This document shows, one piece after another, positions 26,243 to 35,678 of a DNA stretch of 57,723 nucleotides; position 1 is the first letter of the stretch, and each line of letters opens with the position of its first letter. The translations under genes were made by a program, and so were the position numbers. Origin of the DNA: an uncultured Planctomycetia bacterium (GTDB lineage Bacteria; Omnitrophota; Gorgyraeia; Tantalellales; Tantalellaceae). Location of the stretch: positions 1-57,723 of the forward strand of contig CAZMEZ010000001.1 of NCBI GenBank assembly GCA_964565425.1. The letters run 5' to 3'. The notes under the pieces are model-generated. The model had not been told where the DNA came from. It ran no database searches and was given only the letters and a program-made list of their open reading frames with translations.

Positions 26243-26599
26243 ATGGATAAACGAAAGAAAATACTGGTATGTGATGACGAAGAAGGTATAAGGGAATCTT
26301 TGAACCTCATACTCGAGAAGGATTATGACCTGGATTTCGCCTCATCCGGCAACGAGGCCATAGAAAAAATAAAAAATAGCAGCTACGACTGTCTTATCCT
26401 CGATATTAAAATGCCCGCCAAGGACGGCCTGGAAACGCTTGCCGAGGTCAAAAAGATCTCGCCTGAAACAAAGGTCATCATCGCCACCGGCTACCAAAGC
26501 GTCGAAACCGCCTCTAAAGCAGTAAGATTAGGGGCTATGGACTACATCACCAAGCCGTTTGAAAGTGATGAGGTTAGGGAAAAGGCTAGACGGATCTAA
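26243..26599 (+). CDS. Single-domain response regulator (CheY-like receiver)
   Basis: 118 aa: ILVCDDEEGIRESL...DCLILDIKMPAKDGLETL...ITKPF. Confidence 0.9.
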   Translation: MDKRKKILVCDDEEGIRESLNLILEKDYDLDFASSGNEAIEKIKNSSYDCLILDIKMPAKDGLETLAEVKKISPETKVIIATGYQSVETASKAVRLGAMDYITKPFESDEVREKARRI

Positions 26600-28218
26600 T
26601 GAACATTTTTGGAATAACACAGCTAATAAGCGGGATTTTTAGTCTTTTAATAGGGCTATTTGTTCTTTGTCAAGATCCAAAAAATAAAGTTTATCGCGCT
26701 TATGCCTTTTTTACTTTTTCACTGTCTGGCTGGTGCACTTGCTATTTTATATGGCAATTTCAAACAGTGGAGACATGTGCAATTTTCTGGCTAAGAATAC
26801 TGATGGCTTTTATGGCATATATCCACTCCTTCTTTCTGCACTTCGTGCTCTCAAACATTAACCTTGTTGAAGCCAGAAGAAAAATCCTGTGGTTCTCTTA
26901 TTCGTGGAGCACTGTTTTTGCTATATTGTTTTTAACCGGGGTAGGATTTGCTAACAATGCGAGGCAAAAACTATTTGCAAAATTTTGGCCGGACGCCAAT
27001 TTTTTTACCTCCTTGTTCCTTGTAGTCCAAATAGCCATAGTTTGTTATAGCCTTTATTGCTTGTACTCTTCGATTAATAAAGCTGAAAAGGATAAAAAAA
27101 ATCAGTTAAAATACATAGTGCTTGTAAGCGCGCTCGCCTGGGCAGGTGGCCTTGCAAATTGGCTCCTCTGGTTCAATATATATATTCCCCCGCTGGGCAA
27201 TTCTATTATCACAATATATCTCGCGGTAATTGCGTATGCCATACTTCGTCATCATCTTCTTGACATAAATGTAGTATTCAAGAAAAGTATAATTTATTCT
27301 GTGTCAGCCACGATTTTAACCGCAATGTATTTCCTGATAGTGTTTTTGTCAGAGCAATTATTCCGAGGCGTCACTGGCTACAGTTCCATGCCATTGACCA
27401 TTTTTATTCTTATATTTTTTGCCTTTATGTTCCACCCCCTAAAAAACCAAGTCCAACGCATTATAGACAAATATTTTTTCCGGGGCTCGATCGAACAAAT
27501 TGACGAAGAAAATATCAAACTCCGCGAAGAACTTCAAAAAAGTGAAAAATTAAAAGCGGTTGCCACCCTTGCAGCAGGCATGGCACACGAGATCAAGAAC
27601 CCCCTTACCTCTATCAAGACTTTTGCGGAATATCTTCCGGAGAGATATGCCGACCCGGGATTCCGTGAAAAATTCAATAAAATAGTCGGAAGTGAGGTCG
27701 ACCGCATAAATACCATAGTCAAACAGCTTCTCGAATTCTCCCGGCCGAGCGAGCCGGACCTCAAAGAGGCCGATATCAATAAACTCATGGATGAAACCCT
27801 GGCCCTCTTAAATAACGACCTCCTTAAGCGCGGCATCAGGGTCAAGACCCATTACTCTCCCCTCCCGCGCATAAATGTCGACTCCTCGCAGATAAAACAG
27901 GTGTTTCTTAATATTGCATTGAACGCCACCGAAGCGATGAAGAAAGGCGGCACTCTCACCGTTTCAACCGAAACGATTCACGACTCACGATCCGCGACTC
28001 ACGAACCTGCCGTCTCGATCACGATATCCGATACCGGTGAGGGGATCGGGAAAGAGGACCTGAAACGCATTTTCGACCCCTTCTTTTCCAGGAAGGACGG
28101 CGGAACCGGCCTGGGGTTAAGCGTGGTCCACGGGATAGTCGAAAAACACGGCGGAGCGATAAGCGCGGAAAGCGCCCCCGGCAAAGGCACCGCGTTCCAT
28201 ATAACCCTTCCCGCTTAG
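26599..28218 (+). CDS. Sensor histidine kinase with N-terminal 7TM sensor domain
   Basis: Seven hydrophobic segments end in YAILRHHLLDI, followed by the H-box AAGMAHEIKNPL and HATPase N/G boxes (NIALNATEAM, DTGEGI, GTGLGLS). TAATG overlap with the upstream RR gene. Confidence 0.9.
   Translation: MNIFGITQLISGIFSLLIGLFVLCQDPKNKVYRAYAFFTFSLSGWCTCYFIWQFQTVETCAIFWLRILMAFMAYIHSFFLHFVLSNINLVEARRKILWFSYSWSTVFAILFLTGVGFANNARQKLFAKFWPDANFFTSLFLVVQIAIVCYSLYCLYSSINKAEKDKKNQLKYIVLVSALAWAGGLANWLLWFNIYIPPLGNSIITIYLAVIAYAILRHHLLDINVVFKKSIIYSVSATILTAMYFLIVFLSEQLFRGVTGYSSMPLTIFILIFFAFMFHPLKNQVQRIIDKYFFRGSIEQIDEENIKLREELQKSEKLKAVATLAAGMAHEIKNPLTSIKTFAEYLPERYADPGFREKFNKIVGSEVDRINTIVKQLLEFSRPSEPDLKEADINKLMDETLALLNNDLLKRGIRVKTHYSPLPRINVDSSQIKQVFLNIALNATEAMKKGGTLTVSTETIHDSRSATHEPAVSITISDTGEGIGKEDLKRIFDPFFSRKDGGTGLGLSVVHGIVEKHGGAISAESAPGKGTAFHITLPA
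27973..28007 (+). repeat. Heptamer array (ACGANYC-type) x5 inside the histidine kinase coding sequence
   Basis: acgattc acgactc acgatcc gcgactc acgaacc, translated as part of TIHDSRSATHEPA. Positions 27973-27991 are the exact reverse complement of 26209-26227. Confidence 0.9.
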
Positions 28219-28229
28219 AGCATCGCGCG

Positions 28230-29606
28230 TTACATGGAATTCTTTATCTTCCCCTTGCGGTATGCCAGGAGAAAAGCGCTCACGATTATCGAGTCGAATT
28301 GCGTGCCCGAATTATCCTTGATTATCTGTATGGCCACCTCCGCCATTTTCTTCTGGCGGTACGGCCTGTCACTCGTTATGGCGTCAAAAGTGTCCGCTAC
28401 GGCGATTATACGCGCCATAAAGGGTATCTCCTCCCCCTTGAGGCCGTCAGGGTAACCCATCCCGTCATATCTTTCATGGTGCGCCCTGATCTCCCGGGCT
28501 ATATCGCCGAGTTCCCTTATGGGGTAAAGTATAGCGGCTCCGGTCACTGAATGTTCCTTCACCCTTTCATATTCTTCCTTCGTGAGCTGGCTTTTCTTGT
28601 TGAGTATGCTGTCCGGGACGCCGATCTTCCCGACATCGTGCAAAAGACCCGCTATGTGAAGGGTCTCCCTGAAATTCCTGTACGCCCGCGTCTCGGGGAG
28701 ATCTTCCAGCTCCTCCGCTATGGCCAGCGCGTAACGGGTGACCCGTTCCGTATGCCCGTGCGTGTAAGGGTCCCTGGCGTCGATGGCCGCCGCGAGGGAT
28801 ATCGACGTGTGGATGAATATCTTATGCTCCCTCTCGTAAAGGTTATGGACCTCATATATCTTTTCCTGGAGGCTCTGTATAAGCTCGGTGTTCGCCAAGG
28901 CCATCGCCACGTCGTTCGCCAGGGTCGTGAAAAAGCCGATCTCCTGCCTGGAGAACTTAACGTTTGACAGTTTTTTGCCGAGGACAAACACGCCTTTGAG
29001 CCCTTTTTTATAATAAATAGGGACGCAGATGGTGGCCTTGAGGAGCTCCATCTGCCTGATGCTGAGCTCAATGAGCTCGGCAAGCTCCTCGTCCTTTTTG
29101 ACGTTCTCGTCCCTCTGGAGGATGTCCAGGAGTTCCTTGTACCCGACGGCGCCCGTTTCGGATATCTTGTAATTATGCCTCTCGTTAAAAAGCCGGATAA
29201 GCGGGTTGTCGAAGGTCATGCGGATAAATCCTATCGGTATCTTGACGCCCTCGGATCCCTTGCTGTCGATGAGGATAAAGGAATCCTTGTCCTTCTTGTG
29301 CATGAGCATGGCCGTGTGCGTGACCTTGACCTGTTCGTCTATTATCCGCACTATCATCCTGATGAGACGCTCGGGCTTCCTGAACCGTATCATGGTCCTC
29401 GACGCGTTCTCCAGGAAGACCTGGTAATCGAGCTCCGGTTCCTGGCGTCTCTGGATGCCCTCCGCGTCCATCGGGATAAGCGCCCCGTCGCAGTTCTTCA
29501 TCTTCTCGATGATCCAGTCCTGCAGTTTGAGCCAGTTGTCGCTGTTCACGGTCCTGTTCACAGGTTTGTCCCCCACCTTCTGTCCCTCCATTCTATGGTA
29601 AACCAC
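28230..29606 (-). CDS. HD-GYP domain c-di-GMP phosphodiesterase with N-terminal GAF-like region
   Basis: HTERVTRYA...HDVGKIGVPDSILNK...HHERYDGMGYPDGL. GTG start at 29606, or ATG at 29591. Confidence 0.85.
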   Translation of the reverse strand: MVYHRMEGQKVGDKPVNRTVNSDNWLKLQDWIIEKMKNCDGALIPMDAEGIQRRQEPELDYQVFLENASRTMIRFRKPERLIRMIVRIIDEQVKVTHTAMLMHKKDKDSFILIDSKGSEGVKIPIGFIRMTFDNPLIRLFNERHNYKISETGAVGYKELLDILQRDENVKKDEELAELIELSIRQMELLKATICVPIYYKKGLKGVFVLGKKLSNVKFSRQEIGFFTTLANDVAMALANTELIQSLQEKIYEVHNLYEREHKIFIHTSISLAAAIDARDPYTHGHTERVTRYALAIAEELEDLPETRAYRNFRETLHIAGLLHDVGKIGVPDSILNKKSQLTKEEYERVKEHSVTGAAILYPIRELGDIAREIRAHHERYDGMGYPDGLKGEEIPFMARIIAVADTFDAITSDRPYRQKKMAEVAIQIIKDNSGTQFDSIIVSAFLLAYRKGKIKNSM

Positions 29607-29608
29607 TT

Positions 29609-29657
29609 ATCCTTTAACCTTTATCCTTCATCCTTTATCCTTCATCCTTATATCCTT
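29609..29657. repeat. Degenerate heptamer array (ATCCTTN) x7
   Basis: atccttt aaccttt atccttc atccttt atccttc atcctta tatcctt, between the RR stop and the HD-GYP start. Confidence 0.9.
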
Positions 29658-29662
29658 GTTTC

Positions 29663-30049
29663 CTACATTTCGGACGCCATTCGTAACTGTTCGGCTATCG
29701 TCATGACGGTCCTCTCGAGCTGTTCGAGGAGAAGCGGTTTCGTGATATATTCCACCGCCCCGTGATGTTTCGTCTCCTCGGCCATCGCGGTATCCTCGAC
29801 CGCCGTGACCATGACGACCTTTATCTTGTCGTCGATCCTGCGTATCGCCTTGAGCGTGTCGAGGCCGTCCATGACCGGCATCTTGAGGTCCAGAAGGACT
29901 ATGTGCGGCTTTCTGGCCTTTATACGGCTTATCGCCTCTTTACCGTCGTAGGCCACGTCCACGTCAAAATTCCGATCCTTGAAGAAATTCTTCACGAAGT
30001 CGCAAATATCGACCTCGTCATCCACCACCAGTATCCTCATCATGGCCAT
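29663..30049 (-). CDS. Single-domain response regulator
   Basis: 128 aa: ILVVDDEVDI...IVLLDLKMPVMDGLDTL...ITKPL. AGGAGGA RBS. Confidence 0.9.
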   Translation of the reverse strand: MAMMRILVVDDEVDICDFVKNFFKDRNFDVDVAYDGKEAISRIKARKPHIVLLDLKMPVMDGLDTLKAIRRIDDKIKVVMVTAVEDTAMAEETKHHGAVEYITKPLLLEQLERTVMTIAEQLRMASEM

Positions 30050-30058
30050 TCCTCCTCT

Positions 30059-30433
30059 TTATCCGCTTCCCGCGGCTTTATTTATAAGGTCCTCCAGGTC
30101 CTTTAAACTCGTCAACGGTTTTTCAAGAAAAGCGTACGCGCCTCCGTCCAGAAGGCGCGTCTTAGTTACCCCCGAATCCGTGTAAGCCGATATGAAGATC
30201 ACCTTCATGCCTTTTTCGAGTTTCTTAATCTCACTCATTATCTGCTCGCCGCTCAAGCCCGCCATCTTGAGGTCGAGTAAGGCCACGTCGTATTCGTTCG
30301 TGTTCAAAAGCTCCATACCCTTTTCCCCGTCGCCGGCTATGTCTATCTTGTACCCCCTGGGCTCAAAATACTGCCTCAGCATGTCGGTGAAGTTCAGTTC
30401 GTCGTCTATCGAAATGATCCTGGGCTTTTCCAT
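30059..30433 (-). CDS. Single-domain response regulator
   Basis: 124 aa: IISIDDELNF...VALLDLKMAGLSGEQI...LEKPL. Confidence 0.85.
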   Translation of the reverse strand: MEKPRIISIDDELNFTDMLRQYFEPRGYKIDIAGDGEKGMELLNTNEYDVALLDLKMAGLSGEQIMSEIKKLEKGMKVIFISAYTDSGVTKTRLLDGGAYAFLEKPLTSLKDLEDLINKAAGSG

Positions 30434-30436
30434 ATC

Positions 30437-32608
30437 TTATCGGCTTTTTCCGGACCTTACGCCGTGCCTCCTTTTAACATCATCAGCACCCGAAGCGTCG
30501 AACCTTAGGTAAAAGGTGGTTCCCTTCCCGGGTTCGCTTTTAACGGCAATACGTCCCCTGTTACGCTCCACTATCTGCTTCACTATAAAAAGGCCGAGGC
30601 CCGTCCCCTTACCCGGCTCTTTGGTCGTAAAAAAAGGATTGAATATCTGGGCCAGGTGGCTCTTGCTCATCCCGGTGCCGGTATCCTCAATGTCTATGTA
30701 AACCTTGTCGTTCGAGCTTGTGGCCCTTACCGATATCTTCCCCCTGTCCCTTATGGCCTGGGCCGCGTTCCTTATGATGTTGAAAAGTATCTCCTGGAGC
30801 TGTTTCCTGTCGGCCGTAATGGGGGGAAGGCCCTCCGCTATCTCTTTCGTGACAGCGATATTGTCAAGCTTGAGGTCATGCTCGACCAGCGATATCACTT
30901 CGTTCAGCTCTTTTTCGACATCGACGTCGTCCGACATGATCCCCGAGGACGGTTTGGCGAAAGAAGACAATTTCTTGGTTATCACCGTGGCCCTGTCCGT
31001 CTCGTTGATAACCTTTTGCATGATGTCGCTCGCTTTTTCAACCAACTCCTCCGGCTTTTTATCCTTATATATCCCCTCTTTCAGGTTCAAAAGAAACATC
31101 TCGCATTGGCCCCGCGCTATACCCAGGGGGTTGCATATCTCATGATTTATACCGGCCGAAAGCGTCCCGATAACAGCCATTTTCTCCCTCTGCGCCGCCT
31201 GCGCCTGCGCCTCGGATAGCTTTTCGAAGAGTTGGGCGTTGGTTATGGCTATGGAAAGCGTCTTCGCAAGCGGTAAAAGTATGTCTATGTCATCCTGCGC
31301 GAACTCCTCATCGGATTTCTTTTTCCCGAGCGCCAGCATACCTACCATGTTGTTCTGGTGCAGTAAAGGTATAACGAGCACGGCCTGCAGATCCAGGACG
31401 TTTCTCTTTATATTGTTATCGATAAATTTCTTAGCCGAAGTGCTTTCGATGTGGATATATTCACCCGTATCCTTCATCCGGGCTATTATCTCGTCGCTAT
31501 AAGATAGCTCGTACTCGGCGTCTTCCAGGCCGGCCGACGCAACGATCCTGTATTCTTCGTTTTCCCCGTCACGGAGTAGTATCGTGGCGTTCTCCAGCTT
31601 CATGATATCTGCCAGGTTATTTACGGTAAGGTTAACAAGCTTATTAAGATCGAGGACGGTAATAACTTCGTCGGTGAATGTTTTGAGCAGCTTCTTATAA
31701 TCATATTTTTTTTGAAAGAGATACTTATCGGTCATCTTGACCAACAGATCCTCGAGCGGACGCACGCCGGCAATTATAACAATAGCGCTTATCGCTAATC
31801 CCAAAAAACTGCCTTCTGCGATCAGCTCCTGCGTTATCAAAGTTATAGCCACGAAAATGCCGAACGTTATCAGAAATAACGATGCGAATACGATCGTTTT
31901 CTTGATTATTACTTCTATATCCATCAATTGATGGCGAATGATCGCGTAACCCATGATCAAAGGATACAAAGGAACCGTTATGTTTAAAACCGGGTATATG
32001 TTTATACCGAAACACGGCAAATAAGAAGTACCTCCTCCGATAAACCCCAAGGCGGTTGCAAGGAAAAAGTATTTTATTTGATACCGCTTCAGAAGCGTTG
32101 CATTCCTATAGGCCTTAAGCAGCTTTATATGAGCATACATCAGAAAGCCCGCGTACAACACCAACGTGTAAAAAACGTGTAAAGGTCCGGGCGGATACAC
32201 CCACCAGGCCTCTTTGAAGTATGTTGAATCCGTGAATAGCAAACTTACGTTTCCGATAAAAAGATCTTTGCTAAAGATATCGGCTGCGAGTAAAAATATG
32301 CTGATTATATATACCAGCAAGACCAGAATACTGCGCTTGGATTCCAAGAAAACGTAAACAAAATGGACAAATAGCGGCGGCAGCAAAATAACGCCTACAT
32401 ATGAAACCTGCCACCAGAAAAACGCCGACTCATAGTTTTTGGCCCCGGATGCCATATAAGCGCCGAACCCGTAGATCGCGACACATATCGCAAAAATCGA
32501 CCATATCCGGCACAGCTTGCTCCTGTAACCCTTGATATATACAAAGACCGCCATCGCAGTGCTGGCTATGGCTGTCAATATATTTGAAATTCCGTACAGA
32601 TTAACCAT
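30437..32608 (-). CDS. Sensor histidine kinase: 7TM sensor domain, GAF, HisKA, HATPase
   Basis: The 7TM region ends in YAIIRHQLMDI, making it a paralogue of 26599-28218. A GAF-like middle follows, then SAGINHEICNPL, NIIRNAAQA, DTGTGM, GTGLGLF. Confidence 0.9.
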   Translation of the reverse strand: MVNLYGISNILTAIASTAMAVFVYIKGYRSKLCRIWSIFAICVAIYGFGAYMASGAKNYESAFFWWQVSYVGVILLPPLFVHFVYVFLESKRSILVLLVYIISIFLLAADIFSKDLFIGNVSLLFTDSTYFKEAWWVYPPGPLHVFYTLVLYAGFLMYAHIKLLKAYRNATLLKRYQIKYFFLATALGFIGGGTSYLPCFGINIYPVLNITVPLYPLIMGYAIIRHQLMDIEVIIKKTIVFASLFLITFGIFVAITLITQELIAEGSFLGLAISAIVIIAGVRPLEDLLVKMTDKYLFQKKYDYKKLLKTFTDEVITVLDLNKLVNLTVNNLADIMKLENATILLRDGENEEYRIVASAGLEDAEYELSYSDEIIARMKDTGEYIHIESTSAKKFIDNNIKRNVLDLQAVLVIPLLHQNNMVGMLALGKKKSDEEFAQDDIDILLPLAKTLSIAITNAQLFEKLSEAQAQAAQREKMAVIGTLSAGINHEICNPLGIARGQCEMFLLNLKEGIYKDKKPEELVEKASDIMQKVINETDRATVITKKLSSFAKPSSGIMSDDVDVEKELNEVISLVEHDLKLDNIAVTKEIAEGLPPITADRKQLQEILFNIIRNAAQAIRDRGKISVRATSSNDKVYIDIEDTGTGMSKSHLAQIFNPFFTTKEPGKGTGLGLFIVKQIVERNRGRIAVKSEPGKGTTFYLRFDASGADDVKRRHGVRSGKSR

Positions 32609-33899
32609 TCTTATCTCCGCTTAATAAATGCCTACTTAAACGCTTCCCCAGGGAAACTATTGTCACAATCGGAGGCGCCCCCGGCGATGTGGGCAGAACA
32701 CTGGCATCGCAAACGTAAAGATCTTTTATTTTTGTCTCCAGGTTTTTATCAACAACCTCACCGATTGCCGCGGATCCCCCCGGATGCGCGCCTCTTGGTT
32801 TCGTGAAAATAACGTCCCTTTTTTTAACGCCGGCTCGAGTTAATATCTTTTCAGCGACCCTTGACCCCTCATCAAGCTTTTTACTGTCGATTTGACTCGG
32901 CTTTTTTTCAAACGTCTCTTTCAAGGTAACATTTCCGATATTTTCATCCCTTGTTTTGACCATAATGCCCAGCAGATTTTTGTATTTGAAATTTTTTAAT
33001 TGTTCCCTTTTAGATATAACCCATCTCAAGACCAACGGCACGTCAATAAAAGGCGATACGATAAAACCCTTGCTTTTCATGTATTTTTTGCTGAAAACCG
33101 CCATCGTAGGTTCATTCCACAAATTTATATCTTCTTTATCTAAAATCCCGTATGTAACATTGAAAAGATCCGCAAACAATTTCTTGCCGGCATTCTCGAT
33201 CCCGCTTCTTTTTAAAATAACAGGAGAACCGACACCCCCCGCTGATAAGATTATTTTATTTGCATAAATTCTGATTTTGCCTTTTGGTCCAATAGCCACC
33301 AAACCTATCGCTTTCCCGTTATGCAACACTATGCTTCTCACGTTAGTTTTAGTTATGATTTTCGCGCCATATTGCCGCGCTCTTTCAAGAAACAGCAATG
33401 ATGACCATTTGGCCCCGGTCCTGCAGCCCAAAACACATTTACCGCAAGATGTGCACAAGCCAGGGTTGATGAATTTCGGCATTGGCTCCATTTCGAGACC
33501 TAAGTCATTCGCCGCGTTCAGGATCAACCTGGAGCCGGGTCCTATTAGTTCTTTGGGCAACGGCTTTATCCCGAGTTCTTTTTCTGTCTCTTCAAATTCG
33601 CGAGATAATCTTATCCCTAAATTTCCCAATTCCTCTTCAAGAACCCTGATCCCGCTCCCGCAACTAACGACCGTGGTCCCACCGGCCATCAACGCCCTGT
33701 AAATAATAATACCCTCTTTGCTCGCCCTTAATCCGCATCTGTCATAAAATTTTAAGGCTTTTCTTTGCGTTCCGAGGTGATCTGCGAAATCACCCTTTTC
33801 CACAATCAATACCTCTTTCTTTGTCTTGGCCAGTTCCATGGCTACAGTCGCCCCGCCGGCGCCGGAACCAATAATCACATAATCGGCTCTATACTTCAT
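32601..33899 (-). CDS. GMC-family FAD-dependent oxidoreductase
   Basis: DYVIIGSGAGGATVAMELA dinucleotide-binding motif, and the C-terminus GAHPGGSAAIGEVVD...LYVCDASVLP. ATG 33899 forms an ATGA overlap with the ALDH stop, and the stop overlaps the HK start by 8 nt. Confidence 0.8.
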   Translation of the reverse strand: MKYRADYVIIGSGAGGATVAMELAKTKKEVLIVEKGDFADHLGTQRKALKFYDRCGLRASKEGIIIYRALMAGGTTVVSCGSGIRVLEEELGNLGIRLSREFEETEKELGIKPLPKELIGPGSRLILNAANDLGLEMEPMPKFINPGLCTSCGKCVLGCRTGAKWSSLLFLERARQYGAKIITKTNVRSIVLHNGKAIGLVAIGPKGKIRIYANKIILSAGGVGSPVILKRSGIENAGKKLFADLFNVTYGILDKEDINLWNEPTMAVFSKKYMKSKGFIVSPFIDVPLVLRWVISKREQLKNFKYKNLLGIMVKTRDENIGNVTLKETFEKKPSQIDSKKLDEGSRVAEKILTRAGVKKRDVIFTKPRGAHPGGSAAIGEVVDKNLETKIKDLYVCDASVLPTSPGAPPIVTIVSLGKRLSRHLLSGDKNG

Positions 33900-35452
33900 G
33901 CCTTTTGAACCACCCTGGTAACGCCTTGCAGATGAGAAGTTTTCTGCCAAAAATAATTCATTTCCCCAAAAGGACCGCCTGTTCTTTTTGTTCCTCCATG
34001 CGTTGAGAGATAGCGTGAAAATCCTATATGCCTCGTATTAATTCTCAGCAAGCCCGTATTATCCAGATTTTTGACAAATTTACGTAAATATTTAAACGAA
34101 GATACCCACAATGAAGTCCTTAGGCCGTATTCATGGATGTTCGAGATATTAGTGATTTTCTCAAAAATATCCTCATCGCCACCGGCAACCCTTACAAGCG
34201 GTAAAAGCGGGAAAAATATTTCCTCCTGAAGGCATTTCATGGTCTGTATTTTAGCGACATCTTCTATCTCTAACAATGTCGGCTGAACGTATAGACCTTT
34301 TTCGGAAACTTTTCCCGAATGATCGACCTGTTTCCCCCCATAGATCAATCTTGCCCCTTTCACTAATGCATCATTTAAAAACTCAAAATATTCGCTTATG
34401 CGTCCTACGGGACTGAATACCGTATCGCCGTCGGAAGGCAACCCGAACTTAAGCGCTTTTACTTTTGATGTGAACGTTCTTGTGAATTTTTCATATATTT
34501 CTTCGTGCATAAGCGCTATTTTCGGAACCATGCATATTTGTGTTGACCCGAAAAAACAATCTAAAAGAGAATTGGCAGCACCCTCCAGATCCGCGTCCTT
34601 CCATACTATGAATAAATCATTGCCAGATAATTCCAAAATCGGCTTTTTCCCAGCATTATATACCTTTTTTCCAACATCAAGACCCTTTTTGCTGTTACCG
34701 AAATATATCACATCGTTGATCATGGGAGAATTCAACCAGGCATCTAACATCTTTTGCGAATTTCCCAAAACAATATTAACGGATCCGTTCGGTGCTCCGT
34801 TTTTCTTCAACGCTTCCCATACAATATTCTTCCACAAAAATATCGTCGAGATCGGATTCTTTAAAGGCGGTTTTACTATTAGCGTATTCCCCGTAATGAA
34901 TGCCAAAATAGCATTGTAAGAATTGCTCGCGGACGCATTTCGCGGCGGATTCAAACACACCACGCCATCCGGCTTTCTCGACCAATATACGATCTCATCT
35001 TCATGTCTCCCGATCTCTTTCCTTATCTGCGAAAAATAAAAATCAATGGTCTCCGGAGAGCTTCCGATTTCCATGCCCTCGAACTCCCATTCGGCCAATT
35101 TCCTGGGATGCCCCTCGGCTATAAGGATATTGATGAAATCTTCTTTTTTTTGCATCAAAATCTCATACATATCGTGGAACATTTTTTGTCTTGCGCGCAA
35201 CGGCATTTTTTTCATTTCGACAAAAGCCCGCCTGGCGGCAGCGATTGCGCTCTTATTTTCCCCATCACCGCTTATGCAATATTGACCGAATATGAACTCC
35301 TCATTTATCTTCTTGGAGTCATTGCTTTTTGCGTCTTTAATCGCTTTTCGGGTATTTTCATAATCCAGGATAATCTTATCAACGTATGGAAAATACTCAT
35401 AATTTTCCGTGTCGACATCTTTTCCGTCAATTAACAATGTAAATTTCTGCAT
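33896..35452 (-). CDS. Aldehyde dehydrogenase superfamily protein (divergent)
   Basis: 518 aa with the ALDH-like layout. ELSGND aligns with the conserved ELGGK glutamate motif, and GSTQICMVP with the catalytic Cys motif. Confidence 0.7.
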   Translation of the reverse strand: MQKFTLLIDGKDVDTENYEYFPYVDKIILDYENTRKAIKDAKSNDSKKINEEFIFGQYCISGDGENKSAIAAARRAFVEMKKMPLRARQKMFHDMYEILMQKKEDFINILIAEGHPRKLAEWEFEGMEIGSSPETIDFYFSQIRKEIGRHEDEIVYWSRKPDGVVCLNPPRNASASNSYNAILAFITGNTLIVKPPLKNPISTIFLWKNIVWEALKKNGAPNGSVNIVLGNSQKMLDAWLNSPMINDVIYFGNSKKGLDVGKKVYNAGKKPILELSGNDLFIVWKDADLEGAANSLLDCFFGSTQICMVPKIALMHEEIYEKFTRTFTSKVKALKFGLPSDGDTVFSPVGRISEYFEFLNDALVKGARLIYGGKQVDHSGKVSEKGLYVQPTLLEIEDVAKIQTMKCLQEEIFFPLLPLVRVAGGDEDIFEKITNISNIHEYGLRTSLWVSSFKYLRKFVKNLDNTGLLRINTRHIGFSRYLSTHGGTKRTGGPFGEMNYFWQKTSHLQGVTRVVQKA

Positions 35453-35489
35453 TTCATTCCTCTCCGCTGACGTGTGATACTGACTATAT

Positions 35490-35678
35490 CTATTCGTATT
35501 TTCTCTTGCTTTTTTCCTTTTCTTTTATCCAATCATCAATAGTGTCTTTTTTGAACCGCCATTTTGAGCCGACCTTGAACCCCGGGATCTTTCCATCCTG
35601 GGCATGTTTATAGATCGTGACCACCTTCATCTTCAAGTAGTCGGCAAGTTCTTCTACCGTCATTACAGGACTAACCAT
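35490..35678 (-). CDS. Excisionase-family (MerR-like, HTH_17) DNA-binding protein
   Basis: 62 aa: MTVEELADYLKMKVVTIYKHAQDGKIPGFKVGSKWRF. Alternative ATG at 35663. Confidence 0.7.
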   Translation of the reverse strand: MVSPVMTVEELADYLKMKVVTIYKHAQDGKIPGFKVGSKWRFKKDTIDDWIKEKEKSKRKYE

